NCBI GenBank assembly: GCA_017516005.1
Contig: JAFWDU010000006.1
Span: 36,678 to 100,677, forward strand
DNA length: 64,000 nucleotides
Source of the DNA: Oscillospiraceae bacterium
Lineage (GTDB): Bacteria; Bacillota; Clostridia; Oscillospirales; Oscillospiraceae
Direction: 5' to 3'
The stretch's first letter is position 1. Every line of letters begins with the position of its first letter. Under the pieces are notes generated by a model. That model saw only the letters and a list, made by a program, of their open reading frames with translations, had not been told where the DNA came from and searched no databases. The position numbers and the translations under genes are program-made. Shown here in pieces: positions 44,012-54,831 of the stretch.

Positions 44012-44814
44012 ACTTGTGCTCCTTTTAACGTCTCATGGGCCAGTTTTACAATGGATGGCAGGTCCGCCTGGATGGAATTTCCGGGAATCATACTCAGATG
44101 CGCAAGAAATTCGATATTGCCCTCCGGTCCTTTGACAGGTGAAAAAGTCAGATTCAAAAGACTCAGATTCAGTTCTTCCGTCATGCGTACAAACGCTTCG
44201 AGAACTTCCAGATGAACCTCCGGATCACGAACAACGCCCTTTTTCCCAACTTTTTCTTTTCCTGCTTCAAACTGAGGTTTGATCAGACATACAATCTGTC
44301 CTTCCGGTTTCAGCAAAGTCTTAATCACAGGTATTACCAGACGCAAAGAAATAAAGCTAACATCCACGACAGAAAGGTCCAGACTCTCTCCAAGATCCTC
44401 AGGCTTGACATAGCGGATATTGGTGCGTTCCATAACCACAACACGAGGATCGGAACGGATGCTCCAGGCAAGCTGACCGTAGCCCACATCGATGGCAAAT
44501 ACTTTTCTGGCTCCTTTTTGCAGCAGGCAGTCTGTAAAGCCACCAGTGGAAGCACCGGAATCCGAGCAGACAAATCCGGTCGGATCTATTCCGAAATCTC
44601 GAAGCGCCTTTTCCAGTTTGAGACCGCCACGGCTGACATATGGACACTGATTGCCCCGTACTTCAATTTCAGCCTGCTCATCCACCATGGTACCGGGTTT
44701 ATCGACACGCTGTCCGCCGACGTAGACATCACCGCTCATAATCACAGCTTTTGCCTTTTCTCTGCTCTCGCTTAAGCCAAGGCGTGTCAGGAGCACATCA
44801 ATGCGTTCCTTCAA
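44008..44814 (-). CDS. tlyA: TlyA family 16S/23S rRNA (cytidine-2'-O)-methyltransferase
   Basis: N-terminal S4 domain (KERIDVLLTRLGLSESREKAKAVIMSG) plus an FtsJ-type SAM methyltransferase (DSGASTGGFTDCLL). The likely start is TTG at 44814. The track start at 44853 would overlap dxs by 56 nt. Confidence 0.8.
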   Translation of the reverse strand: MKERIDVLLTRLGLSESREKAKAVIMSGDVYVGGQRVDKPGTMVDEQAEIEVRGNQCPYVSRGGLKLEKALRDFGIDPTGFVCSDSGASTGGFTDCLLQKGARKVFAIDVGYGQLAWSIRSDPRVVVMERTNIRYVKPEDLGESLDLSVVDVSFISLRLVIPVIKTLLKPEGQIVCLIKPQFEAGKEKVGKKGVVRDPEVHLEVLEAFVRMTEELNLSLLNLTFSPVKGPEGNIEFLAHLSMIPGNSIQADLPSIVKLAHETLKGAQV

Positions 44815-46618
44815 AAGAGAACACCTCCAGAGCCTTCCGGTGCATTTTTTCACCGCTCAGGCCATATGCATCCAAAAGATCCTTTGTACTTCCGTGGGTT
44901 ACAAAAGAATCTCCAAAATTGATCAGACAAAGTTGAACGCCGGAGCCGGCCAGGGCAGATGCAATACTCTCACCCACACAGCCCTGTGATACCGTCTGCT
45001 CAGCCATGAGAAGTCTGCCGCTTTTCCGGACGGATTCCAGAACTTCCTTGTCCGGCAGTGGCTTCAGCTCCTTCAGACGGATCAGATCAGCAGCAATCCC
45101 CTCTTTTTCCAGCAGATCCGCGCATTTCACTGCCTCCCAGTAATCCGTACCATAGCAGGCAATCGTAATATCCGGAGAAGAATGAATTCTGTTTTCAGCA
45201 GGATGATTCTCCCAGTTCCCTCTTGGATAACGAAGCGCAACCGGGCCAGAGCACTCGTAAAGTGCTTTCGAGAGCATGTTCCTGAGTTCATCCGGCGTTG
45301 CTGGCGCAAAAATACGCATGCCAGGTATGCAGCGAAGATACTGAAGATCAAAAACGCCGTGATGGGTTTCACCGTCTTCTCCCACAAGACCTGCACGGTC
45401 TATGGCGAATACAACATGATTCTGCATCAGAGCGGTATCCTGAATGATCATATCAAACGCTCGCTGCAGAAATGTGGAATAAATGGCGACTACAGGCAGA
45501 AGCCCGCCGGCCGCCATACCGGAAGCCATGGTTACTGCATGCCCTTCTGCAATTCCCACATCAAAAAACTGTTCCGGCAGCTGCTGCTCAAATGCCTGAA
45601 GGCCGGTCCCTCTGGGCATAGCCGCCGTAACTGCCATAATCCGGCTATCAGTCAGCGCCAGTTCCCTGAGTTTCTGCCCGAATGCAGCTGCAAAACTTTC
45701 TCCGGGCTCGGGTGGAACAGACGGATTCAGTCCGTGGTATCGTTCGGGATGAACCTCTGCTTCCTTGAAGCCCTTTCCTTTCTTGGTAACAACATGGAGT
45801 AAAACGGGACCTGCCATCTGTCTGGACACATCCAGAAGATAACAGAGTTTCTTCACATCGTGGCCGTCAACCGGTCCTAGATAGGTGAACCCCATGGATT
45901 CAAAGATCGTACTGCCAAGAAGGGTCTTTTTGAAATGCTGTTTGACTGCATGCGTAATGCGGTACAAAAATCTGCCGCCGGGAATCTTCTGCGTCAATTT
46001 CCGGTAGATCTGTTTAATATGGAAATAGCTGGGTTTCAGCCTGATCTGCGCCAGATGCTTGGAAACACTTCCGACGTTCTCTTCTATGGACATGCCGTTG
46101 TCGTTCAGAACAACAATCAGGGATTCGCCGCTCTGACCGGCATCATTGAGTGCTTCATAGGCAAGACCGCCGTTGAGTGCGCCGTCTCCAATCAGGGCAA
46201 TCACGTTTTGATCGGTACCGTTTCGCGTTCTGGCTCTGGCGAGTCCAAGAGCAGCTGATACGGAAGCAGAAGCATGTCCGGCGACAAAAGCGTCATAAGG
46301 ACTCTCAGAGGGTTTCGGAAAACCGGCTATGCCGTGCATCATTCTCAGACGGTCGAATTCATTCCTGCGGCCGGTGAGAATCTTATGTACATAGCACTGA
46401 TGCCCCACATCGAATACAAGCCTGTCACGCGAAAAATCAAACGTTTTCTCGAGAGCAAGTGTTAATTCAACAACACCCAGATTGGAAGCGAGATGGCCGC
46501 CGGTTTTCGATACATGTTCAATTAAAAATGAACGGATCTCCTGACAGAGCTGAATGTCCTGTTCATGTGTCAGGCTCTTCAGCTGTGCTGGATCCTGAAT
46601 CGTTTCAAGCAGGCTCAT
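44798..46618 (-). CDS. dxs: 1-deoxy-D-xylulose-5-phosphate synthase
   Basis: GGHLASNLG, GHASASVSAALG and IGDGALNGG ThDP motifs. ATG at 46618 has an AAGGA RBS. The GTG at 46660 lies upstream of the predicted -10. Confidence 0.95.
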   Translation of the reverse strand: MSLLETIQDPAQLKSLTHEQDIQLCQEIRSFLIEHVSKTGGHLASNLGVVELTLALEKTFDFSRDRLVFDVGHQCYVHKILTGRRNEFDRLRMMHGIAGFPKPSESPYDAFVAGHASASVSAALGLARARTRNGTDQNVIALIGDGALNGGLAYEALNDAGQSGESLIVVLNDNGMSIEENVGSVSKHLAQIRLKPSYFHIKQIYRKLTQKIPGGRFLYRITHAVKQHFKKTLLGSTIFESMGFTYLGPVDGHDVKKLCYLLDVSRQMAGPVLLHVVTKKGKGFKEAEVHPERYHGLNPSVPPEPGESFAAAFGQKLRELALTDSRIMAVTAAMPRGTGLQAFEQQLPEQFFDVGIAEGHAVTMASGMAAGGLLPVVAIYSTFLQRAFDMIIQDTALMQNHVVFAIDRAGLVGEDGETHHGVFDLQYLRCIPGMRIFAPATPDELRNMLSKALYECSGPVALRYPRGNWENHPAENRIHSSPDITIACYGTDYWEAVKCADLLEKEGIAADLIRLKELKPLPDKEVLESVRKSGRLLMAEQTVSQGCVGESIASALAGSGVQLCLINFGDSFVTHGSTKDLLDAYGLSGEKMHRKALEVFSFEGTH

Positions 46619-46650
46619 AGCGACATCCTTTCGCTTTGAGGTAGATTTAT

Positions 46651-46679
46651 ATTCTAGCACATAAGCAGTGAATATTCAA
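46651..46679 (-). promoter_or_regulatory. Sigma-A promoter for dxs
   Basis: Minus strand has TTGAAT (46679..46674), a 17-nt spacer, then TAGAAT (46656..46651). Confidence 0.55.
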
Positions 46680-46708
46680 TTATAAAATGAATATTCATGC
46701 ATATATGC
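46669..46708. repeat. Cluster of perfect AT-rich palindromes overlapping the dxs promoter
   Basis: TGAATATTCA occurs at 46669-46678 and again at 46688-46697; the second extends to the 12-bp palindrome ATGAATATTCAT. GCATATATGC follows at 46699-46708. Confidence 0.7.
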
Positions 46709-46730
46709 ACAATCAACACAGAGTGCGGGA

Positions 46731-47600
46731 TCAGTGATCCCGCACTGCAAGTGTTTCAGCAAGTTCACAAAGATAATCAGAACCGGAATAGGAGCGTATG
46801 GAAAAACAGGCAGATTGTGTACGCCGAAGAATCTCATCTCTGCACCACTGCGCGCCGAACAGGCTCAAGAATGTGGTTTTATTCCCGTCCATTCCGGTTT
46901 TCTTTCCAATTTTTTCTTCCGATCCTTCTGCATCCAGAAGATCGTCCCGAATCTGAAAAGCACGGCCCAAATGCTCAGCAAACTGAGCGGCAGCATGCAT
47001 GGCTTCCCTGTCTCCGTCTGCGCAGATAACGCCCATCTGGCAGGCTGCCCGAATCAGAGCGCCCGTTTTCAGGTTCTGAATCTTCTCAACGCCATCTTTG
47101 TCCGGAGGAACAAGTTCCGCATCCAGATCCAGAATCTGACCGCCGACCATTCCTTCCGCGCCGGAACATTCCGATAAAACTTCCACTAGACGGATCAGAC
47201 GTTCCGGAGGAAGATTGACTCTGCACAGATTGGAAAAGGCTTCTGTTAACAGGGCGTCTCCGGCAAGTACAGCGCCTGCTTCCCCGAAGACCATATGTGA
47301 AGTCGGCTTTCCTCTGCGAAGATCATCGTTGTCCATGCATGGCAGATCATCATGAATCAAACTATAGGTATGAACCATTTCAATGGAGATGCCGGCTGTA
47401 AGCGCAGGCTCATTTTCTCCGCCGAAAAGCCTTGAAAACGCAAGCGTTAAAACAGGCCGGATGCGTTTTCCGCCAGCCAGAAGCGAATATCGCATAGACT
47501 CGTTCAGTGTTCCGCATCCATCATCCAGGAACAGGGTTTTCAGACGGGCTTCGACAGCTTCCTGATCCATGGCAAGTCTTGCCTTGAACTCATTCCTCAT
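46731..47600 (-). CDS. ispA: (2E,6E)-farnesyl/geranyl diphosphate synthase
   Basis: First Asp-rich motif IHDDLPCMDNDDLRRG and second motif FQIRDDLLD. ATG at 47600 overlaps the xseB 3' end by 11 nt. Confidence 0.9.
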   Translation of the reverse strand: MRNEFKARLAMDQEAVEARLKTLFLDDGCGTLNESMRYSLLAGGKRIRPVLTLAFSRLFGGENEPALTAGISIEMVHTYSLIHDDLPCMDNDDLRRGKPTSHMVFGEAGAVLAGDALLTEAFSNLCRVNLPPERLIRLVEVLSECSGAEGMVGGQILDLDAELVPPDKDGVEKIQNLKTGALIRAACQMGVICADGDREAMHAAAQFAEHLGRAFQIRDDLLDAEGSEEKIGKKTGMDGNKTTFLSLFGAQWCRDEILRRTQSACFSIRSYSGSDYLCELAETLAVRDH

Positions 47601-47823
47601 CTTCAAATGCCTCTTCAACCGGCGTACCGTCCGGTCCCTTAGAGAGTTTTACAACCTGCTGCTCCGCTTTTGTCAGCATTTCATTGCAGGAAGCAATCAG
47701 TGAGGTTCCCTCTTCAAACAGCTTCATGGCATCTTCCAGCGGTGCATCTCCCTGCTCCAGAAGCCGCACAATCTGCTCCAGTCTTGTTACAGATGCTTCA
47801 AATGTTTTGGATTCGTTACTCAT
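47590..47823 (-). CDS. xseB: Exodeoxyribonuclease VII small subunit
   Basis: FEASVTRLEQIVRLLEQGDAPLEDAMKLFEEG signature. ATG at 47823 is chosen over 47832 because of RBS spacing. Confidence 0.9.
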   Translation of the reverse strand: MSNESKTFEASVTRLEQIVRLLEQGDAPLEDAMKLFEEGTSLIASCNEMLTKAEQQVVKLSKGPDGTPVEEAFEDEE

Positions 47824-49030
47824 GAGGCTCATTCCTCCTGCCTATAATTTCCGCATCCAGTCTTCCGTCAGGAAGACGGATCTCCACGGAATCTCCGATT
47901 TTGATCTGGGATACGCTTCTTACTGTTGTTCCATCCGCTGTAGTTGTCAGGCTGTAGCCACGACTCAGAACTTTCAGCGGACTCATGGCGTCCATTGCAG
48001 AGGCAAGTCTGCCCAGGTCTCCTCTCGCGCTAACAATCAGGGCTCTCTGCGCAGTGGTAAGCCGAAGAGTAAGATGTTCAAGTGCAAGACGTCTGTCCGC
48101 AAAATACTGTCCTGGAGAACGAAGCACACGGCTTGCAGACAGATGATCCAGACGCTGCCGGAAAAATGAAAGCTTTCTGCGCAGGTCACCAGCCATCTTA
48201 CTGGAAAGAGAATCCAGCATCTGAATCAGTTCCTGCTGATCCGGAACTGCAAGCTCTGCAGCATTTGACGGGGTAGCGGCACGAAGATCCGCGACATAGT
48301 CTGAGATCGTCACATCCGGCTCATGGCCGACAGCGGAGATAACCGGAATCTGGGAATCATAGATTGCTCGAGCAACCCGTTCGTCATTGAATGCCCACAG
48401 GTCCTCCATGGATCCTCCGCCACGCCCTGTTATGATCAGATCCGCAATCTGATAGCGGTTGCAGTAGCGGATTGCACCTGCTATTTCCGGCGGCGCTTCC
48501 ATACCCTGAACCCGGACAGGAAGAAGTATCACTTTACTCAAAGGATATCTCGCCTTCAGAATTCGAAGCATGTCATGGATTGCCGCTCCAGCTGAGGAAG
48601 TGACAATCGCAATTCGATGTGGATATTTCGGAAGAGGTTTCTTATGCTCCGGATCAAAGAGTCCTTCTGCAGACAGCTTTGCCTTAAGCTGTTCAAAAGC
48701 GATGGCCAGATCCCCTGCTCCCTCAGGCGTAAGAGAATCACAGTAAAGCTGATATGAGCCGTCCCGAGGATAAACGGTAATGCGTCCGGAAGCAATCACT
48801 TTCATTCCGTTTTCGGGCTGAAAACGAAGCCTGGAAGCACTTGAGCGGAACATGACGCAACGCAGTGCACTTTCAGAATCCTTCAGTGTAAAATAGTGGT
48901 GCCCGGAGGGGTAGACTTTATAATTGCTCAGTTCGCCGCGGATCATAAGCCGCTGAAGGAGCGGATCCTGATCCAAAACCGACTTCAGATAGCCGTTGAC
49001 CTGAGATACCTCCAGAATGTCTCTGTCCAC
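47816..49030 (-). CDS. xseA: Exodeoxyribonuclease VII large subunit
   Basis: 404 aa; N-terminal OB fold (VSQVNGYLKSVLDQDPLL..IRGELSN) and a catalytic domain. GTG start with a GGAGG RBS 6 nt upstream. Confidence 0.9.
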   Translation of the reverse strand: MDRDILEVSQVNGYLKSVLDQDPLLQRLMIRGELSNYKVYPSGHHYFTLKDSESALRCVMFRSSASRLRFQPENGMKVIASGRITVYPRDGSYQLYCDSLTPEGAGDLAIAFEQLKAKLSAEGLFDPEHKKPLPKYPHRIAIVTSSAGAAIHDMLRILKARYPLSKVILLPVRVQGMEAPPEIAGAIRYCNRYQIADLIITGRGGGSMEDLWAFNDERVARAIYDSQIPVISAVGHEPDVTISDYVADLRAATPSNAAELAVPDQQELIQMLDSLSSKMAGDLRRKLSFFRQRLDHLSASRVLRSPGQYFADRRLALEHLTLRLTTAQRALIVSARGDLGRLASAMDAMSPLKVLSRGYSLTTTADGTTVRSVSQIKIGDSVEIRLPDGRLDAEIIGRRNEPHE

Positions 49031-49031
49031 A

Positions 49032-49952
49032 TTATTCCTCCATTCTTGACGTCAGAACGGCAATTCCCATAGCGTTGTCCGTGGAATACTCAGGAAGAGC
49101 AAAATAGGGTTTCATTTCTCTGGTGCTTTCCCTGAGCATGGAATTGGATGCAACGCCGCCCGAAAAAACGATCGGTAGCTCGGGATACGCTTTCATGGCA
49201 GCTTCTGTCGCATCAATTACCGCATGAATGACACTCAGAAGCACATATCTTGCTGTCTGCTCAGCAGAAGCTCCGCCGGAATAAAAGGATTCAACTTTGT
49301 TCTGAACACCGGAAAAAGAAAAATCCAGATTCTTTAAGCGGATATGAAAACAGGCGGAACTGTCTGATGCGGTACTAAGACGGTCAAGTGCACTACCAGA
49401 AGGAAACGGCAGACCAAGAAGTTTTCCGCAGCGATCAATCAGCTGCCCGGCAGAAATATCAGTGGTTCCGCCAATTCTGTCGGCATGAACGATCCTGCCA
49501 TCTGGAACGACATGAAGCAGCTCCGTTGTTCCGCCGGAAAGATGCCAGGCAAGATGAGGAACATCTAGAAGCTCCATGTGTCCGCTTGACCAGGCTGAAG
49601 CGGCGATATGTCCCTGCTGATGTGAGAACCTGTAAATCGGACAGTTTAAAGCCTGGGAAAGAACTTGAGCAAAGCTTTCACCAGCGAGAAAGCATGGCAT
49701 GTAGCTGCCTTCCACATCTCTTGGCCTCGTGCTGACACCAATTGCATGAATATTTTTTTCCGGCATAGAGGAAAACAGCTCCCCGGAGAGCAGTGGGAGC
49801 TGTCTGACATGATGGAACAGCGCATCACTCTGCCGGAGGCCCATCTGTCCCTCCGGTACCGGGAGAAGACGGGACACATTTTTCGCATAATATTCAGACA
49901 GAGCTGCGATGGAAGTGGTGTAGTTGCTTGTATCCAGGCCGAGGAAAATCAT
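49032..49952 (-). CDS. Kae1/TsaD-family (ASKHA fold, peptidase M22) protein, short form
   Basis: MIFLGLDTSNY.., an HQQGH motif (equivalent to HxxGH), HLSGGTTELL and FSGGVASNSMLRE. The start overlaps the nusB stop (ATGA). Confidence 0.65.
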   Translation of the reverse strand: MIFLGLDTSNYTTSIAALSEYYAKNVSRLLPVPEGQMGLRQSDALFHHVRQLPLLSGELFSSMPEKNIHAIGVSTRPRDVEGSYMPCFLAGESFAQVLSQALNCPIYRFSHQQGHIAASAWSSGHMELLDVPHLAWHLSGGTTELLHVVPDGRIVHADRIGGTTDISAGQLIDRCGKLLGLPFPSGSALDRLSTASDSSACFHIRLKNLDFSFSGVQNKVESFYSGGASAEQTARYVLLSVIHAVIDATEAAMKAYPELPIVFSGGVASNSMLRESTREMKPYFALPEYSTDNAMGIAVLTSRMEE

Positions 49953-50401
49953 TCCGGATTCTCCTCCTCCCGGAAAATGCTGCCAAGAATTCCATTGACA
50001 AAGGACACGACATCCGGATCCTCATAATCCTTCAGGATGCGAATTGCCTCATTGATGGCGGCACCCTGCGGAACATCTTCCAGATAACGACATTCAAAAA
50101 TCGCGACTCTGAGAACGGATCTTGCAATGCCGGAAATTCGGTTAACGCTCCAGCCATGAGAATGTGCAGCGATATCACTGTCTATTTCCGCAAGATGATC
50201 CCGGACTCCCAAAACCACATCGCGGATATAGGCAGCCTGTTTTGCGGAAGGCCGTGACTCATACAGATCCACTTCATCTTTCAGCTGTGTGAAACGCTCA
50301 TTTGACAGCCGATCCTTGAGTATCTCTTCCGCATCTCCTGCATGAAAATCCAATTCAAAACAAATCTGCACCGCTATTTCGCGGGCGGTTGCTCTTGTCA
50401 T
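49949..50401 (-). CDS. nusB: Transcription antitermination factor NusB
   Basis: 150 aa; RATAREIAVQICFELDF.. and a conserved C-terminal AINEAIRILKDY. Confidence 0.9.
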   Translation of the reverse strand: MTRATAREIAVQICFELDFHAGDAEEILKDRLSNERFTQLKDEVDLYESRPSAKQAAYIRDVVLGVRDHLAEIDSDIAAHSHGWSVNRISGIARSVLRVAIFECRYLEDVPQGAAINEAIRILKDYEDPDVVSFVNGILGSIFREEENPE

Positions 50402-50440
50402 AACATTCTCCTTTATGTATCCGTTCGCTTCAGCGAAAGA

Positions 50441-50465
50441 AGCCCTTTGCGTGCTGCAAAGGGCT
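50441..50465 (-). terminator. Hairpin downstream of the Asp23-family gene
   Basis: AGCCCTTTGC-gtgct-GCAAAGGGCT, followed by TTCTTTCGC on the minus strand. Confidence 0.55.
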
Positions 50466-50472
50466 GATCGTT

Positions 50473-50841
50473 TTATTTTCCGACGGAAATACCGGCAATT
50501 TTCACGTTGACGGCATCGACCGGCAGGCCGGTCATGGATTCCACTGCACTGCGAACATTATCCTGAACGCCTGCAGCAACTGTCTGAATGGAAGGACCGT
50601 AATCCACAAAAATGCTGCAGTCAATTCGCAGACTGTCTCCATCCATATCCAGCCGTACACCTTTGCCGACTGCTTTTTTCATAATCCGATCCGGAAGCTC
50701 CGCGCCGAAATTCGTGTTCATGGACGCAACGCCATCCACCTCAGCTGCAGCTGCGGCAGCTATGGCCAGAACTACTTCCGATGAAATGTTGATTGTGCCG
50801 TTTTCAGCGCACTTGGTAAAGTATTCACGGCTCTCGCTCAT
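50473..50841 (-). CDS. Asp23/Gls24 family envelope stress protein
   Basis: 122 aa; INISSEVVLAIAAAAAAEVDGVASM...V.V.I.GISV pattern typical of the alkaline shock protein family. Confidence 0.85.
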   Translation of the reverse strand: MSESREYFTKCAENGTINISSEVVLAIAAAAAAEVDGVASMNTNFGAELPDRIMKKAVGKGVRLDMDGDSLRIDCSIFVDYGPSIQTVAAGVQDNVRSAVESMTGLPVDAVNVKIAGISVGK

Positions 50842-50946
50842 GTCAGGTCCCTCCTGAGAGTGTAATCACTGGGATATTTCTGACAGTATTGTACCACAAC
50901 CCGTGAAAAATACAAGTTATGAAATCCGGTCAGTACCATTCAATCC

Positions 50947-52059
50947 CTAAGCCTTCAGCTTAAGATCTCCGTCATGGATCCAGCCGATCTCGCGGAGCAC
51001 CAGACAGAAGATTGTACTCAAAACAGCCGGAAGAACAAAACTGATCAGGATCAGTCCAATCCAGTCCGTTGCAGTGATTGCGTTTTTCGCGCCGGAGGCA
51101 ATATCCGCAACCCAGCCTGTATAAACACCGATCTGGCCGCAGAAGCCGCAGGTTCCCATTCCAGCATTAACAGCCGCGCCATTCATCTGAAGTCGGAATA
51201 CACAGGTGGCAATCAGTCCTGTGATCGCAGACGTAAGAATGGGAGGAATCCAGATCTTGGGGTTTTTCACGATATTTCCCATCTGAAGCATACTGGTTCC
51301 GATACCCTGACTGACAAGCCCGCCCCAGCGGTTTTCACGGAACGACATGACTGCAAAGCCGATCATCTGCGCACAGCAGCCGGCGACCGCCGCTCCGCCT
51401 GCCAGTCCGGTTAATCCCAGAGTCATGCAGATCGCAGCTGAAGAGATCGGAAGCGTCAGCGCAATGCCAACTGTGACAGAAATCAGAATTCCCATCCAGA
51501 ACGGCTGAAGTTCTGTCGCCCAGCGCAGGAATCTGCCGACAGCATCCGCTGCTGTTCCCAGCGCAGGTGCAATCAGGTAGGAAAGGCCGAGACCGACCAG
51601 GATGGTCAATATGGGTGTTACCAGGATATCAACTTTTGTCTCGCCGGCAACCACTTTGCCGATTTCACAGGCGATGATTGCTATGACAAGTACAGCAAGC
51701 GGTCCACCGGCACCGCCCAGAAGGTTGCTGCCGTATCCGATCGGGATCAGAGAAAACAGCACAAGCGGGGGCGCTTTCAGCGCATATCCGATGGCGACCG
51801 CCATGGCAGGACCTACCATCAAAGATGCGATTCCGCCGATTGTGTAACCCTTGTCGGCAATGGTTACGATAGCAGTAGTCAGAAAGCCGATATTGAGCTG
51901 ACTGCCGAGCGTGTTAAGTATCGTTCCCACAAGGAGCGTGCAGAACAGTCCCTGGGCCATAGCACCGAGCGCATCTACACCGTAACGCTTCAGACTGATT
52001 TCAATATTCTTTCGCTTTAGAAACGCCTTGAATCCAGTTTTCTTTGATGTTTCGCTCAC
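50947..52059 (-). CDS. PTS EIIC-like membrane protein (PF13303/EIIC_2-type), no EIIA/EIIB partner in the window
   Basis: 370 aa, highly hydrophobic; the N-terminal KRYGVDALGAMAQGLFCTLLVGTILNTLG resembles the stand-alone EIIC_2 family. The GTG start overlaps the prsW stop (GTGA). Confidence 0.6.
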   Translation of the reverse strand: MSETSKKTGFKAFLKRKNIEISLKRYGVDALGAMAQGLFCTLLVGTILNTLGSQLNIGFLTTAIVTIADKGYTIGGIASLMVGPAMAVAIGYALKAPPLVLFSLIPIGYGSNLLGGAGGPLAVLVIAIIACEIGKVVAGETKVDILVTPILTILVGLGLSYLIAPALGTAADAVGRFLRWATELQPFWMGILISVTVGIALTLPISSAAICMTLGLTGLAGGAAVAGCCAQMIGFAVMSFRENRWGGLVSQGIGTSMLQMGNIVKNPKIWIPPILTSAITGLIATCVFRLQMNGAAVNAGMGTCGFCGQIGVYTGWVADIASGAKNAITATDWIGLILISFVLPAVLSTIFCLVLREIGWIHDGDLKLKA

Positions 52060-52793
52060 AACGGATCACTCCATTCCCGATCCGAAGCCGGATCTGTAAT
52101 ATATGCATCGTTCAATGACGCTCGCCGTATGAAAACCAGTGCGGCGATAAACATTCCGATGACAAATAGAATAAATGCGACAAATAACAGCGGATATCCG
52201 GAAGTAGCCAGGAAATCATATATTCCATGGAGAAGTACAGGAACGAAAAAAGAAGATTTCCGGAAACGGCTGCTCTGTGCTGAATCTCCCTCGTTTTCCG
52301 CCTTTTTTGCCAGGCTGTACCAGACACCCATGAAAACGCCGAAGCAGGCATGACCTGGTATCGCAGTGACAGCCCGCAGAAGTGCAGTCTGCATCCCGTA
52401 CATCAGAACATAACTGATATTCTCCCAAAGCGCAAAACCGAGAGCGACAAAGGTTGAATAGACGACTCCGTCAAACAGGCAGTTGAAAGCAGGATGGTTC
52501 CATGTCCTTTTTTTCAAAAGAATGTATTTTGCACCTTCTTCGGATCCGGCAACCACAATAAAATACAGCAGAAACTGATAAAGAAGGTTTTCACTGCCGA
52601 AGGCACGGTTCAGAAGACTGATCCCCACCTGTTCCAGAAGAACGGCGGCAAATGTGGCGAGGATCCCGGTAAATACCAGTGAAAGCAGCAGTGAAACAGG
52701 TTCTTTTTCAACCCGATCCCGCCGGTAAATGCGGATCATAAGAATAAGTGCAGGAATAACAGCCGCTGCAATCAGGATGAATTGACTTTCCAT
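52056..52793 (-). CDS. prsW: PrsW family intramembrane glutamic/metallo-protease
   Basis: Motifs GSEEGAKY and HGIYDF in a polytopic membrane protein. Confidence 0.8.
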   Translation of the reverse strand: MESQFILIAAAVIPALILMIRIYRRDRVEKEPVSLLLSLVFTGILATFAAVLLEQVGISLLNRAFGSENLLYQFLLYFIVVAGSEEGAKYILLKKRTWNHPAFNCLFDGVVYSTFVALGFALWENISYVLMYGMQTALLRAVTAIPGHACFGVFMGVWYSLAKKAENEGDSAQSSRFRKSSFFVPVLLHGIYDFLATSGYPLLFVAFILFVIGMFIAALVFIRRASLNDAYITDPASDREWSDPL

Positions 52794-52830
52794 ATTATGC
52801 TCCTTCCATTGAGATAATCAAAAGAGCAGT

Positions 52831-54831
<2,001 letters not shown>

